From an uncultured delta proteobacterium (GTDB lineage Bacteria; Desulfobacterota; Binatia; Binatales; Binataceae): a stretch of DNA of 64,000 nucleotides. Location: positions 416,001 through 480,000 of the forward strand of contig CAWJET010000002.1 in assembly GCA_963842085.1 (NCBI GenBank), in the 5' to 3' direction. Both the position numbers and the translations under genes were made by a program. This document shows, one piece after another, positions 49,410 through 58,367 of this stretch; the first letter of the stretch is position 1, and each line of letters begins with the position of its first letter. The notes beneath the pieces were generated by a model. That model saw only the letters and a program-made list of their open reading frames with translations. It searched no databases and was not told the origin of the DNA.

Positions 49410-50633
49410 GTGAGAGCAGGCAGCGAAAGGCGATTCGACGTGATTGTCATCGGCGCGGGCGTCGTCGGCAGCTCGGTTGCTCTCGGCTTGGCCGAGCGCG
49501 GGCTCAAAACGCTCGCCGTCGACATCGATCTCAGCGGACGCCTCAGCTCCAGCGAGAAGAACGCCGGCGGCGTGCGCGCCACCTGGTGGCAGCGGGTCAA
49601 TATCGCGCTCTGCCGCGCGTCCATCGAATACTACGAGCGCGTGCGCGACGAAGTCGGCTTTCGCCAGAAGGGTTACCTCTGGCTCTACGACCAGGACACG
49701 TTCGCACGCGCCGTCGAGCATATCCCGCTCCAGCGCGAACTCGGCCATCGGATCGAGGCGCTGACTCCAGCCGAGGTAAATCGCCGCATGCCCGAGATCG
49801 ACAAGCTCGACGGGATTGCAGGCGCCACGTTCTCGCCCGCCGACGGGCTTATCAACCCGAACCTGCTCAAGGAGCACTATCGCGCCCGCGCGCTGAAACT
49901 CGGCGCTCAGTTTCTCGATCGCACCTACGTCGTCGCGCTCGACGCGGCTGCATCGGGCGCGCGCGTCCAATGCTGGCAGTCCGACGAGCCGCACACCGAC
50001 GAAGGCCTCGTCCGCATGATGACGCAGGACGGCCCCGGTGAAGCCGAGACCGGCCGCGTCTTCGAGCTGACAGCAGACGCGATCGTAGTCGCCGGCGGTG
50101 CATGGTCGCCGAGTGCGATGAAGCTGCTCCGGCTGCGCAACTGGACGCAACCGATTCGCCGCCAGGTCTGTATCGTGGACAATCGCGTCACGAATCTCGC
50201 GAACTACGGCATGATCGTCGACACCTCCGGCGTGTATTTCCACCACGAAGGCGCGCATATCCTGGCTGGATACTCGCCGCCCGACGAGCCGCCCGGTTAT
50301 CATTTCAACTACGACGGTGAACCGTTTTTCCTGAACGAGATTTGGCCGCGGATGTTCGCGCGGATGTCCTCGATGGAACGCCTGCGCCACGTCACCGGAT
50401 GGGCCGGACTGTACGAAGTCAGTTCCGACCGCAGCGCGATTGTCGGCCGCGCCGCGCCACACGTCTACGAGGCGCACTCATTCAGCGGCCGCGGCGTGAT
50501 GCAATCCTACGGGGCAGGGCAGGCGCTCGCCGAGCTAATCGCCGACGGCCACTACACCAACTTCGACGCCTCGGCACTGTCGCGCGATCGCTTCGATCGC
50601 GGCGAGCAAGTCTTCGAGGAACTCCATATCTGA
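49410..50633 (+). CDS. DAO / sarcosine oxidase beta-like FAD oxidoreductase
   Basis: IGAGVVG, SEKNAGGVR, WAGLYEVSSD, FSGRGVM. Confidence 0.88.
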   Translation: MRAGSERRFDVIVIGAGVVGSSVALGLAERGLKTLAVDIDLSGRLSSSEKNAGGVRATWWQRVNIALCRASIEYYERVRDEVGFRQKGYLWLYDQDTFARAVEHIPLQRELGHRIEALTPAEVNRRMPEIDKLDGIAGATFSPADGLINPNLLKEHYRARALKLGAQFLDRTYVVALDAAASGARVQCWQSDEPHTDEGLVRMMTQDGPGEAETGRVFELTADAIVVAGGAWSPSAMKLLRLRNWTQPIRRQVCIVDNRVTNLANYGMIVDTSGVYFHHEGAHILAGYSPPDEPPGYHFNYDGEPFFLNEIWPRMFARMSSMERLRHVTGWAGLYEVSSDRSAIVGRAAPHVYEAHSFSGRGVMQSYGAGQALAELIADGHYTNFDASALSRDRFDRGEQVFEELHI

Positions 50634-50749
50634 ACTGACTGCCGAATGGGTGGCGGTCTACCGTGGGTTTCCTCGCCTTAACTTGGCGTGATATTTAATC
50701 TAATCCGCGCGGGGCTTGCCCCTTCGGCTTCCGCTGTCGAGGAGGATGG

Positions 50750-51709
50750 ATGTTTTCATCGATCGAGGACGTAATCGAGCGATTCGCCAAAAGCAATTAT
50801 ATCGCCAGCCGGCGAATCGCGACCGTCATCTACCTGGCAAGCGAGCTGCGCAAACCCATCCTGGTCGAAGGCCCCGCCGGCGTCGGCAAGACCGACCTGG
50901 CCAAGGTGCTCGCCGCCTCGCTGGGCTTCGAGATGATCCGCCTACAGTGTTACGAAGGCCTCGACGAGGGCAAGGCGCTCTACGAATGGGAGTACGCCAA
51001 GCAGCTCCTCTACACGCAGATTCTCAAGGACAAGATCAGCGAGGTGCTGGTCGGCGCAAAAGGCTTGACCGAGGCGGTCGATCGAATCGCCGCGCAGGAC
51101 GAAGTATTTTTCTCCGAGCGCTTCGTGCTGCCGCGCCCGCTGCTCAAAGCGATTTCCAGCGAACAGCCGTCGGTCCTGCTGATCGACGAGATCGACAAGG
51201 CCGACGCCGAGTTCGAGGCCTTCCTGCTCGAATTGCTGTCCGATTTCCAGGTGACCGTGCCCGAGCTCGGCACGCTCAAGGCCAAGCACATCCCGCTGGT
51301 CGTGCTGACCTCGAACAACGCGCGCGAAATGTCCGACGCGCTTAAGCGCCGATGCCTGCATCTCTACATCGACTTTCCCGATCGTGCGCAGGAACTCGCG
51401 ATCGTCAAGCTCAAGGTGCCCGAGGCCGCCGACAAGCTCGCCCAGGAAGTCGTCACCGTCGTGCAATCGCTGCGCAAGCTCGACCTCAAGAAAACGCCGG
51501 GCATCAGCGAGACGCTCGATTGGGTCAAGGCGCTGACTCTGCTCAACGTGACCAGCCTCGACCAGGAACTGGTCACCGAGACGCTCGACACGATCGTCAA
51601 ATACGAAGGCGACGTGCGCAAGGCGCAGGAAGAACTCAAGGATTACGTGCGCCGCGTGCGCGCGCGCCGCGGCACCGAAGCCGGCAGCGACAAGGACCTG
51701 CTCAATTGA
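50750..51709 (+). CDS. MoxR family AAA+ ATPase (CoxD-like)
   Basis: GPAGVGKT, LQCYEG, LLIDEIDK, DALKRRC. Confidence 0.92.
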   Translation: MFSSIEDVIERFAKSNYIASRRIATVIYLASELRKPILVEGPAGVGKTDLAKVLAASLGFEMIRLQCYEGLDEGKALYEWEYAKQLLYTQILKDKISEVLVGAKGLTEAVDRIAAQDEVFFSERFVLPRPLLKAISSEQPSVLLIDEIDKADAEFEAFLLELLSDFQVTVPELGTLKAKHIPLVVLTSNNAREMSDALKRRCLHLYIDFPDRAQELAIVKLKVPEAADKLAQEVVTVVQSLRKLDLKKTPGISETLDWVKALTLLNVTSLDQELVTETLDTIVKYEGDVRKAQEELKDYVRRVRARRGTEAGSDKDLLN

Positions 51710-51755
51710 CCGCGAGAAAGTCTGAACGAGAAGCAGGGTAGGGCACCACGACACC

Positions 51756-53168
51756 ATGCAAGAGAAGCTCGTAGAATTCGCGAACCTGCTGCGCGAGAAC
51801 GGCGTGCGCGTCTCGCTGGCGGAGACGCTCGACGCGTTCAGCGCTTGCGAAGTCACGGGCCTGAACGAGCGCGACGCGTTCCGCGCCGCGCTGCGCGCCA
51901 CGATGGTCAAGCGGGCCAGCGAATTGCCGACCTTCGAAGAACTGTTCGATATCTACTTCTCGGGCCTCGGCGAAATCATCAAGCAGGCCAGCCAGGCCGT
52001 GCAGAACGCGCTCTCGATGTCCGATCAGGAGTTTCAGAAATTCCTCGATCAGATCGAGAAGATGCTCAAGCAAGAGGGCAAGAACCTTTCCGAGCTCGCC
52101 AAGCAACTGCTGCAGAACAACTCGGGCGAGATGGAGCGCAAGATCCGCGACGCCGCGCGCGCCGTCAAGCTGCAGGGCATCGAGCGCACGATCGAGGAGA
52201 ACTACTTCGCGCGCGCGCTCGCCCGCCAGCTCGGGCTGGACAAGATCGAAGCCGAGATCAAGGAACTGCGCGAGCAGCTCGAGAAGATGGATATCGGCTC
52301 CGAGCTGAAAGCAAAGATGGAAGAGTACCTCGAGCGCCGGCTCAAGGCGCTCGACGACATCATCCGCCGCTACGTCCGGATGGAGCGCGAGAAGCGCGAC
52401 ATCAAGCAGAAGGAAGATCAGCGGCTCAACCAAATCGGCGAGAAGAGTTTCTACTACCTGACCGAAGAAGAACTGCGGAAAATGAACGAGGCGGTGACGC
52501 GCCTCGCGCAGCGCCTGAAGAACGTCATCACCGTGCGCCGCAAGCGCTCGAAGAAGGGCCGCTTCGACATCAAGCGCACGCTGCGCCAGAACCTCGAGTA
52601 CGGCGGGGTGCCGTTCAAGCTCCGCTTCGAGAAGCGCAAGAAGGAAAAGCCGCAGGTCGTAATCCTGTGCGACGTTTCGGATTCGGTGCGCAACGCGTCG
52701 CGCTTCATGCTGCAGTTCGTGTATTCGCTGCAGGATCTCTACTCGCGCGTGCGCAGTTTCATCTTCGTCGCCGATATCGGCGAAGTGACCGAGTGCTTTC
52801 GCAACAACGACGCCAAGGAAGCGCTCGACGTTGCGCTCAAGGGCGATATAATCAACGTGTATGCCCACTCGAATTTCGGCTACGCGTTCCGCAACTTCGT
52901 GACCGATCACATCGGCTCGGTCAACAAGCGCACCACTGTGATCGTGCTCGGCGACGCGCGCAACAATTACAATCTGCCGCACGATTGGTGCTTGCGTGAA
53001 ATCCGCCAGCGCGCCAAAAAAGTGATCTGGCTTAATCCTGAGAGCCGCAACACGTGGGGCTTCGGCGACAGCGAAATGGATCGCTACGCCCCGCACTGCG
53101 ACCTGGTGGAAGAGTGCCGCAATCTCAACCAGCTTTATCGGGTGGTCGATCGCTTGGTCGCCGGCTGA
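51756..53168 (+). CDS. VWA domain protein (CoxE-like)
   Basis: LRENGVRVS, DIKRTLRQN, CDVSDS MIDAS, GDARNN, WLNPE. Confidence 0.9.
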   Translation: MQEKLVEFANLLRENGVRVSLAETLDAFSACEVTGLNERDAFRAALRATMVKRASELPTFEELFDIYFSGLGEIIKQASQAVQNALSMSDQEFQKFLDQIEKMLKQEGKNLSELAKQLLQNNSGEMERKIRDAARAVKLQGIERTIEENYFARALARQLGLDKIEAEIKELREQLEKMDIGSELKAKMEEYLERRLKALDDIIRRYVRMEREKRDIKQKEDQRLNQIGEKSFYYLTEEELRKMNEAVTRLAQRLKNVITVRRKRSKKGRFDIKRTLRQNLEYGGVPFKLRFEKRKKEKPQVVILCDVSDSVRNASRFMLQFVYSLQDLYSRVRSFIFVADIGEVTECFRNNDAKEALDVALKGDIINVYAHSNFGYAFRNFVTDHIGSVNKRTTVIVLGDARNNYNLPHDWCLREIRQRAKKVIWLNPESRNTWGFGDSEMDRYAPHCDLVEECRNLNQLYRVVDRLVAG

Positions 53169-53308
53169 CGGACTCGATCCGCGCGGCTGCGCAGCTTGTT
53201 CGGTTGACCACACGGCGTCTTTGGGCCAAGATAGTTTCACCAGGTGATGAGCACGGTTTTCACTCGAATTCGCGTGCGCTTGAAGAAAAACGGTTGAAGA
53301 GCCCGTCT

Positions 53309-53842
53309 ATGGCTGGTCACAGGGAAGACTTCATTTTGATGATCGTAGGCGGGATCACGCTCGACCCGTCCACCAAGATGCCGATCGTCGTGCTCAAGGA
53401 TCCCGACAACAAGCTCAACCTGCATATCTGGATCGGTCCGCTCGAGGCGACCGCGATGGCCACCGAGCTCGAAGGGATCAAACCGCAGCGCCCGATGACG
53501 CACGACCTGCTGCGCAACCTGATGACCGAGTTTGGCGCGACGGTCGAGTCGGCCGAGATTACCGAGTTGCGCGAGAACACGTACTTCGCACGGATCCAGG
53601 TCAAGACGCGCGACGGCAAGGCGCTCGAAATAGATTCACGGCCGAGCGACGCGATCGCGCTGGCGTTGCGCACCAAGTCGCCGATCTACGTCGCCAAGAA
53701 AGTGCTCGAAGCGAGCAGCGAGCTCCACGAATCCCAGGGCGAACCGCAGACTTCGGATCAGAACCTCGCCGGCGTGTCGCGCGACAAATGGTCCGAGATC
53801 CTCGAGCGGATGTCGCCCGAGGATTTCAAATACAAGATGTAA
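53309..53842 (+). CDS. Bifunctional nuclease family (DUF151) protein
   Basis: IWIGPLEA, RPMTHDL, DSRPSDAIALALR. Confidence 0.92.
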   Translation: MAGHREDFILMIVGGITLDPSTKMPIVVLKDPDNKLNLHIWIGPLEATAMATELEGIKPQRPMTHDLLRNLMTEFGATVESAEITELRENTYFARIQVKTRDGKALEIDSRPSDAIALALRTKSPIYVAKKVLEASSELHESQGEPQTSDQNLAGVSRDKWSEILERMSPEDFKYKM

Positions 53843-53900
53843 GGCGCGTGCGCGCTAGTTCCTCTGGTCCTCTGCCGGGCGGCGCCCGCTGGAGCATTCG

Positions 53901-54638
53901 ATGCCGCCGACTACTCATCGCCGCAAACTGACTCAAAAAGAACTCAGGGCGCCCGACGAGTTCACGACGCTGGTCGAGAACGCGCGCGACTTCTTCGTCA
54001 ACAACCTCACCCAGGTGATTGTCTCGACCGCGGTCGTCGTGCTTGCCGGCGCGATCGTGATTGGCGTGTACTACTACGAGCGCCATCGCGACAACCTTGC
54101 GGCGGCCCGATTCTACGATGCGATCACCGCGCTCAACGCCGGACACAACAAGGCCGCCGAGACGCAGTTCAAGCAGCTCGCCGAGCAAGAGCCCGGGCGG
54201 CGGCTGGGACAGCTGGCGCGTTTCTACCTGGCGAGCGCCTACATTGCCGACGGCGACCTGCCGGACGCGCGCGATTCGCTGGTCGCGTTTCTGGCCGAGG
54301 AGCGCGACCCGTTGTTCCGCAGCCTGGCGCTGTCCAACCTCGCGGTGGTTTACGAGCGAATGTCGGACTGGAAGAAAGCGGCCGGCGCTTATCAGCAGGC
54401 GGCTGCCGATCCGGGGCCGGAGCAGGCGAGGGCAGAACTGGGTGCGGCGCGGATGCTGGCGAAGGCGGGCGACAAGCAGGGCGCGATCGCGGCCTATCGC
54501 GGCTTCCTCGCCGCCCATCCGTACGCGCAGCAGCGCCAGGACGTAATGGAATCGTTGGCGCTGCTCGGCGCACCGGCCGAGATTGCGCCGCCGTCGTCAG
54601 CCGCAGCGGCCGGCCCGCAGCCCGTCGTCATTCATTAG
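53901..54638 (+). CDS. YfgM-like membrane-anchored TPR protein
   Basis: KELRAPDEF, one TM segment, TPR-like helices. Confidence 0.8.
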   Translation: MPPTTHRRKLTQKELRAPDEFTTLVENARDFFVNNLTQVIVSTAVVVLAGAIVIGVYYYERHRDNLAAARFYDAITALNAGHNKAAETQFKQLAEQEPGRRLGQLARFYLASAYIADGDLPDARDSLVAFLAEERDPLFRSLALSNLAVVYERMSDWKKAAGAYQQAAADPGPEQARAELGAARMLAKAGDKQGAIAAYRGFLAAHPYAQQRQDVMESLALLGAPAEIAPPSSAAAAGPQPVVIH

Positions 54639-55641
54639 TCGCCGACGCCGACGCCGACGGCGACTTCGCGGCGAGTTCCGAGTTAATCACGAAGTCCAGA
54701 ATTTTTCCGTCGGGCAGCCCCACTACCGGTATCCCGTTGACGAAGAAGGTTGGCGTCGACGAGACTCGAATCGAGTTGCCGTCCAATTGATCCTGCTTCA
54801 CGCGAGCCTCGGTCTGCGGACTGTCCATGCACGCCTTCAGTGAAGGCTGGTCGAGCTTCTGCGCCTTCGCCAGCTTGTCCACATTGTCCTGCAGGTTCTT
54901 GGCGTTGATCGTTCCCTGGTTGGAGTAGAAGTAGCGCGCGAAGTCCCAGAACGCGGCCGGGTTCTGCAGCCGCGCGCACTCGGCCGCTTCCGCGGCCTTC
55001 ATCGCCCACGGATGCACGTTGAGCGGGTAATTTTTGAAAATCAGCTTCACCTTGCCCTTGTAAGTCGTGTTGACCAGGGTCTCGAGCACGCTGAACGCGT
55101 GTGCGCAGAACGGGCATTCGAAGTCGGCAAATTCCACGATCGTCACCGGGGCGTCCGGCGGTCCCTGCATCGGCCGATCGTTCAGGCTAACGGCGCCCAT
55201 GTTGACCCGTCCCCAGGGCTCTGTGCTGGTGTCGATATACTGTCCGATGATCGCCTTGCTCTCGTCCTTGTCGAAAAAGATTGTGGTAACGACTCTCTGA
55301 CCCGCTTCATTGCCCACGATCAGCTGGCGCGCGAGCAGTCCGTCGATTGGCGTCTTGAATGCGGGTCCGAGCTTGATCAGGTCGGCACTGGGAATCTTGA
55401 AGTGCTTCTGCAGATAGGACCTGAGCGCCGCGTCCTTCGCGGGATCCGTGGCAACCGCCGCCGCCATGGCAGGGGAGGCCCCTTCCGCGTCCTGGGCGAG
55501 GGCCAAGCCACCTGTGCTCAACAGCATCGCGCCAACGAGCGCGCAAATGCCCGCTATCTTTTTACCGTAGGAGAACTTCGCATAAGAAGTATTATGTAAA
55601 CTACGAAGTGGTATCGAAAATCGAAAAAGGCCTGAAATCAT
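54628..55641 (-). CDS. DsbA/thioredoxin-fold periplasmic protein
   Basis: GPPDAPVTIVEFADFECPFC, STPTFFVNG; GGAG SD before the ATG at 55641. Confidence 0.9.
   Translation of the reverse strand: MISGLFRFSIPLRSLHNTSYAKFSYGKKIAGICALVGAMLLSTGGLALAQDAEGASPAMAAAVATDPAKDAALRSYLQKHFKIPSADLIKLGPAFKTPIDGLLARQLIVGNEAGQRVVTTIFFDKDESKAIIGQYIDTSTEPWGRVNMGAVSLNDRPMQGPPDAPVTIVEFADFECPFCAHAFSVLETLVNTTYKGKVKLIFKNYPLNVHPWAMKAAEAAECARLQNPAAFWDFARYFYSNQGTINAKNLQDNVDKLAKAQKLDQPSLKACMDSPQTEARVKQDQLDGNSIRVSSTPTFFVNGIPVVGLPDGKILDFVINSELAAKSPSASASATNE
55575..55602. other. XerCD dif-like recombination site
   Basis: ACTTCGCATAA-GAAGTA-TTATGTAAACT, 11-6-11 layout; GGGNAGGG octamers converge on it. Confidence 0.85.
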
Positions 55642-55735
55642 TAACTCTCCATGCTCCCCGGTTCGAGTATTTTATCCGCTTCAGATAACGTGATGCTCTT
55701 CGGTGATGAAGAAGGCGAAGTCGGCACAGTTCTAG

Positions 55736-56380
55736 CTAATCGCGACGGCTCCGTACAGCGCCCGGTTCCTTGCCGGGTTTCGTTGTCGCCGGCTCGCGGC
55801 CCAGCGCGCGCAACGCCCGGCGCGCCACGAAATTGCGCGGCGCGAGCTTCAGCGCTTCCTCGTAGTACGCAACCGCATTCGGCGCGCGCTCCAAAGCCGC
55901 CGCGCATTGTCCCATCGCAACGAGGAGTTCGACGCCGCCGGCGCCGAACTCGCGCGCGCGTTTGAGCGCGGCGAACGCGTCGGCGAATTTTTCCTGCTCG
56001 GCGAGTGCCAGGCCGAGTCGCAAAATCGCCTCCGCGTTAAGCGGGTCGAGTTCGAGCGCGTCGCGATACATCGACAGCGCCGCGCGCTTCGCGCCCTTCT
56101 GGTACAGGTCGCGCGCCGCGGCGGCCATCCGCGCACCCTCCTCGGCCCATCCGCGCGATTCGACGTCGACCGCTATCTCGCCGTGCGAGACTTCCACCTT
56201 GACGAGCTTGAGCTTGTCGCCCAGGTATTCGCGGATCCGATCGAGCACGGCGTCGGCGTTGGTTTCCGGCGACTCGAGAAATGCGAGACCCACGGGATCG
56301 CCGACGTGATCGATCCGCCGGATGACGACCGAGCGCCGCACGCGGGTCGTTCTCGCCGCCTGCCTGTCAGACGCGCTCAT
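55736..56380 (-). CDS. TPR repeat protein
   Basis: ALELDPLNAEA, ALKLAPRNF TPR motifs. Confidence 0.8.
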   Translation of the reverse strand: MSASDRQAARTTRVRRSVVIRRIDHVGDPVGLAFLESPETNADAVLDRIREYLGDKLKLVKVEVSHGEIAVDVESRGWAEEGARMAAAARDLYQKGAKRAALSMYRDALELDPLNAEAILRLGLALAEQEKFADAFAALKRAREFGAGGVELLVAMGQCAAALERAPNAVAYYEEALKLAPRNFVARRALRALGREPATTKPGKEPGAVRSRRD

Positions 56381-57527
56381 TGGGATCGAAAAGTTTGCGG
56401 TACTCGTCGAGCGCGAAGCGGTCGGTCATCCCTGCGATGTAGTCCGCCACCGCCCGCGAGATCGGCTCGCCGTATCGTTCCGCACGCGCGACGACGTGCT
56501 CGGGCATCTGGCGCGGCTCGGTCATGTAGGTCTGGAACAGCGCCGCCAGCACCCTGCCCGCTTTCTCGGTCATCCGGCTGACGCGGTAGTGCCGATACAA
56601 TCGCTCGCGCATCACTTGCTTGATTTCGCCGACCTTCGCGCCGGTCGCGGGGCTGAACGACGCCAGCGCCCTACCCGCCTTGCGCACGTCCTCGACGCTG
56701 TGGACCCTGTTATGCTCCAGCTCGGCGGCGAGATTGGTCATCAGGTCGGTGGACATCGCGTCGATCATCCTGATGACCGTCTGGTAGCGGAGCACGCGCA
56801 TCTCGGCGGCCGGAGACGCGTCGCGCGCCGCTGCCGCTGATTCCCTAAACAGCGCAGACGCATTGAGCTCCTCGACCGTCAGCATCTGCGCCTTCAGCCC
56901 GTCGTCAACGTCGTGCGCCAGGTAGGCGATCTCGTCCGCCAGATCGACGATTTGCGCTTCCAAGCAAGGATACGTGCTCGTGTCGAACTCCTGCGCGGCC
57001 GGACGATCCTGAAAATGCGAGTGCTTGACGATTCCCTCGCGCACCTCGAAGCTCAGATTGAGTCCGCGAAAGTTCGGGTAGCGAATCTCGATCCAGTCCA
57101 CCGTGCGCAGGCTCTGCGCGTTGTGATCGAAGCCGCCGTACGGCGTCATCAGCTCGTTGAGCACTTTCTCGCCGGCGTGGCCGAAAGGGGTATGCCCCAG
57201 GTCGTGCGCGAGCGCCACCGCCTCCGCAAGCTCCTCGTTGAGGCCGAGCGCCCGCGCGACGGTGCGCGCGATTTGTGCGGCTTCGAGCGTATGCGTCAGG
57301 CGAGTGCGGTAGTAATCGCCCTCGTGATTGACGAAAACCTGGGTCTTGTATTCGAGGCGTCGAAACGCAGCCGAGTGGATAACGCGATCGCGATCGCGCT
57401 GAAAGACGGTGCGAATCCGATGCTCGGGTTCGGGAAACCGCCGCCCGCGACTGGCCCGCGACGCCATCGCATACGGCGCCAGCGTGCGCGCCTCTATTTC
57501 TTCGAGCTCCTGCCTCGTCCGCAGCAT
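56367..57527 (-). CDS. dgt: Deoxyguanosinetriphosphate triphosphohydrolase
   Basis: FQRDRDR, KTQVF, RTRLTHT, HDLGHTPFGH, DYIAGMTD. Confidence 0.95.
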   Translation of the reverse strand: MLRTRQELEEIEARTLAPYAMASRASRGRRFPEPEHRIRTVFQRDRDRVIHSAAFRRLEYKTQVFVNHEGDYYRTRLTHTLEAAQIARTVARALGLNEELAEAVALAHDLGHTPFGHAGEKVLNELMTPYGGFDHNAQSLRTVDWIEIRYPNFRGLNLSFEVREGIVKHSHFQDRPAAQEFDTSTYPCLEAQIVDLADEIAYLAHDVDDGLKAQMLTVEELNASALFRESAAAARDASPAAEMRVLRYQTVIRMIDAMSTDLMTNLAAELEHNRVHSVEDVRKAGRALASFSPATGAKVGEIKQVMRERLYRHYRVSRMTEKAGRVLAALFQTYMTEPRQMPEHVVARAERYGEPISRAVADYIAGMTDRFALDEYRKLFDPNERV

Positions 57528-57671
57528 CGCGGCCCTATCCAGCGGTTGCGCTCACATCCGAGATGCTACCACGCTATCGCCGGCTCTCGAAGCGCCTCGG
57601 TCGACTGCGGTCAACATGGTGTAGTCTTAAGCGCGATGCGGGGATTCTATAATTGCACTGGTTTTGTTGAC

Positions 57672-58367
57672 GTGCGTCGCCTTCGGACCCATGACGCCAT
57701 CGGGCGGATTGCCTTGATGCTCGCGGCGAGCGCGCTGTTCGCCGCCTGCGCGACGTCGCGTCCAGACCAGCTACCGCCGCCCGCGCCGCCCGTCCCGGTG
57801 CCGCAGCCAACGCCGACGCCGCAGGTGGTCGGGATGGCGTCGTGGTACGGCCCGGGATTCCACGGCCGCAAGGACGCGTCGGGCAGGTACTACGACCAGG
57901 AGGATCTCACCGCGGCCTCGATCGCGTTTCCATTGGGCAGCCGCGTGATGGTCACCAATCTCGACAACGGGCGCTCGGTCGAAGTGACGATTACCGACCG
58001 CGGACCGTTCAAGAAGGGGCGCAAGATCGATCTGTCGCACAAAGCGGCGGGCATGATCGGGATGCTCGACAATGGCACCGCGCGCGTTCGCATCGCGCTC
58101 ATCAGCAAGCCGCCGGGAACTCGCGACGTGGGCGCGCCGCTGCGCTACTGGGTTCAGGTGGGTTCTTTCTCGGAGCAGCAGAACGCCGAGCAAGTGCGGA
58201 AAAAGTTGGCCGCGTACTATGCCGACGTTCACATCGAGCAGCTTGATGCTGACCACCACCGCTATTACCGTGTACGCATGGGCGCTTTCGCAACGCGCTC
58301 CGCCGCCGAGGCGCGCGCATCCGACTCCGCCAGATTTGGACTTCCAATCGTGATCGTCACCGAATGA
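57672..58367 (+). CDS. rlpA: RlpA septal lytic transglycosylase with SPOR domain
   Basis: Lipobox FAAC, ASWYG, ITDRGPF, IDLS, VQVGSF...YRVRMG; start uncertain (57636-57717). Confidence 0.88.
   Translation: MRRLRTHDAIGRIALMLAASALFAACATSRPDQLPPPAPPVPVPQPTPTPQVVGMASWYGPGFHGRKDASGRYYDQEDLTAASIAFPLGSRVMVTNLDNGRSVEVTITDRGPFKKGRKIDLSHKAAGMIGMLDNGTARVRIALISKPPGTRDVGAPLRYWVQVGSFSEQQNAEQVRKKLAAYYADVHIEQLDADHHRYYRVRMGAFATRSAAEARASDSARFGLPIVIVTE

Noticed and set aside
56913-57635. N-terminal extension of the rlpA ORF, and similar extensions in the ORF track for ald, GT4, DUF151, NRDE and the PPIase
   Set aside because: They overlap opposite-strand genes, upstream genes or repeats; family homology begins at downstream starts.
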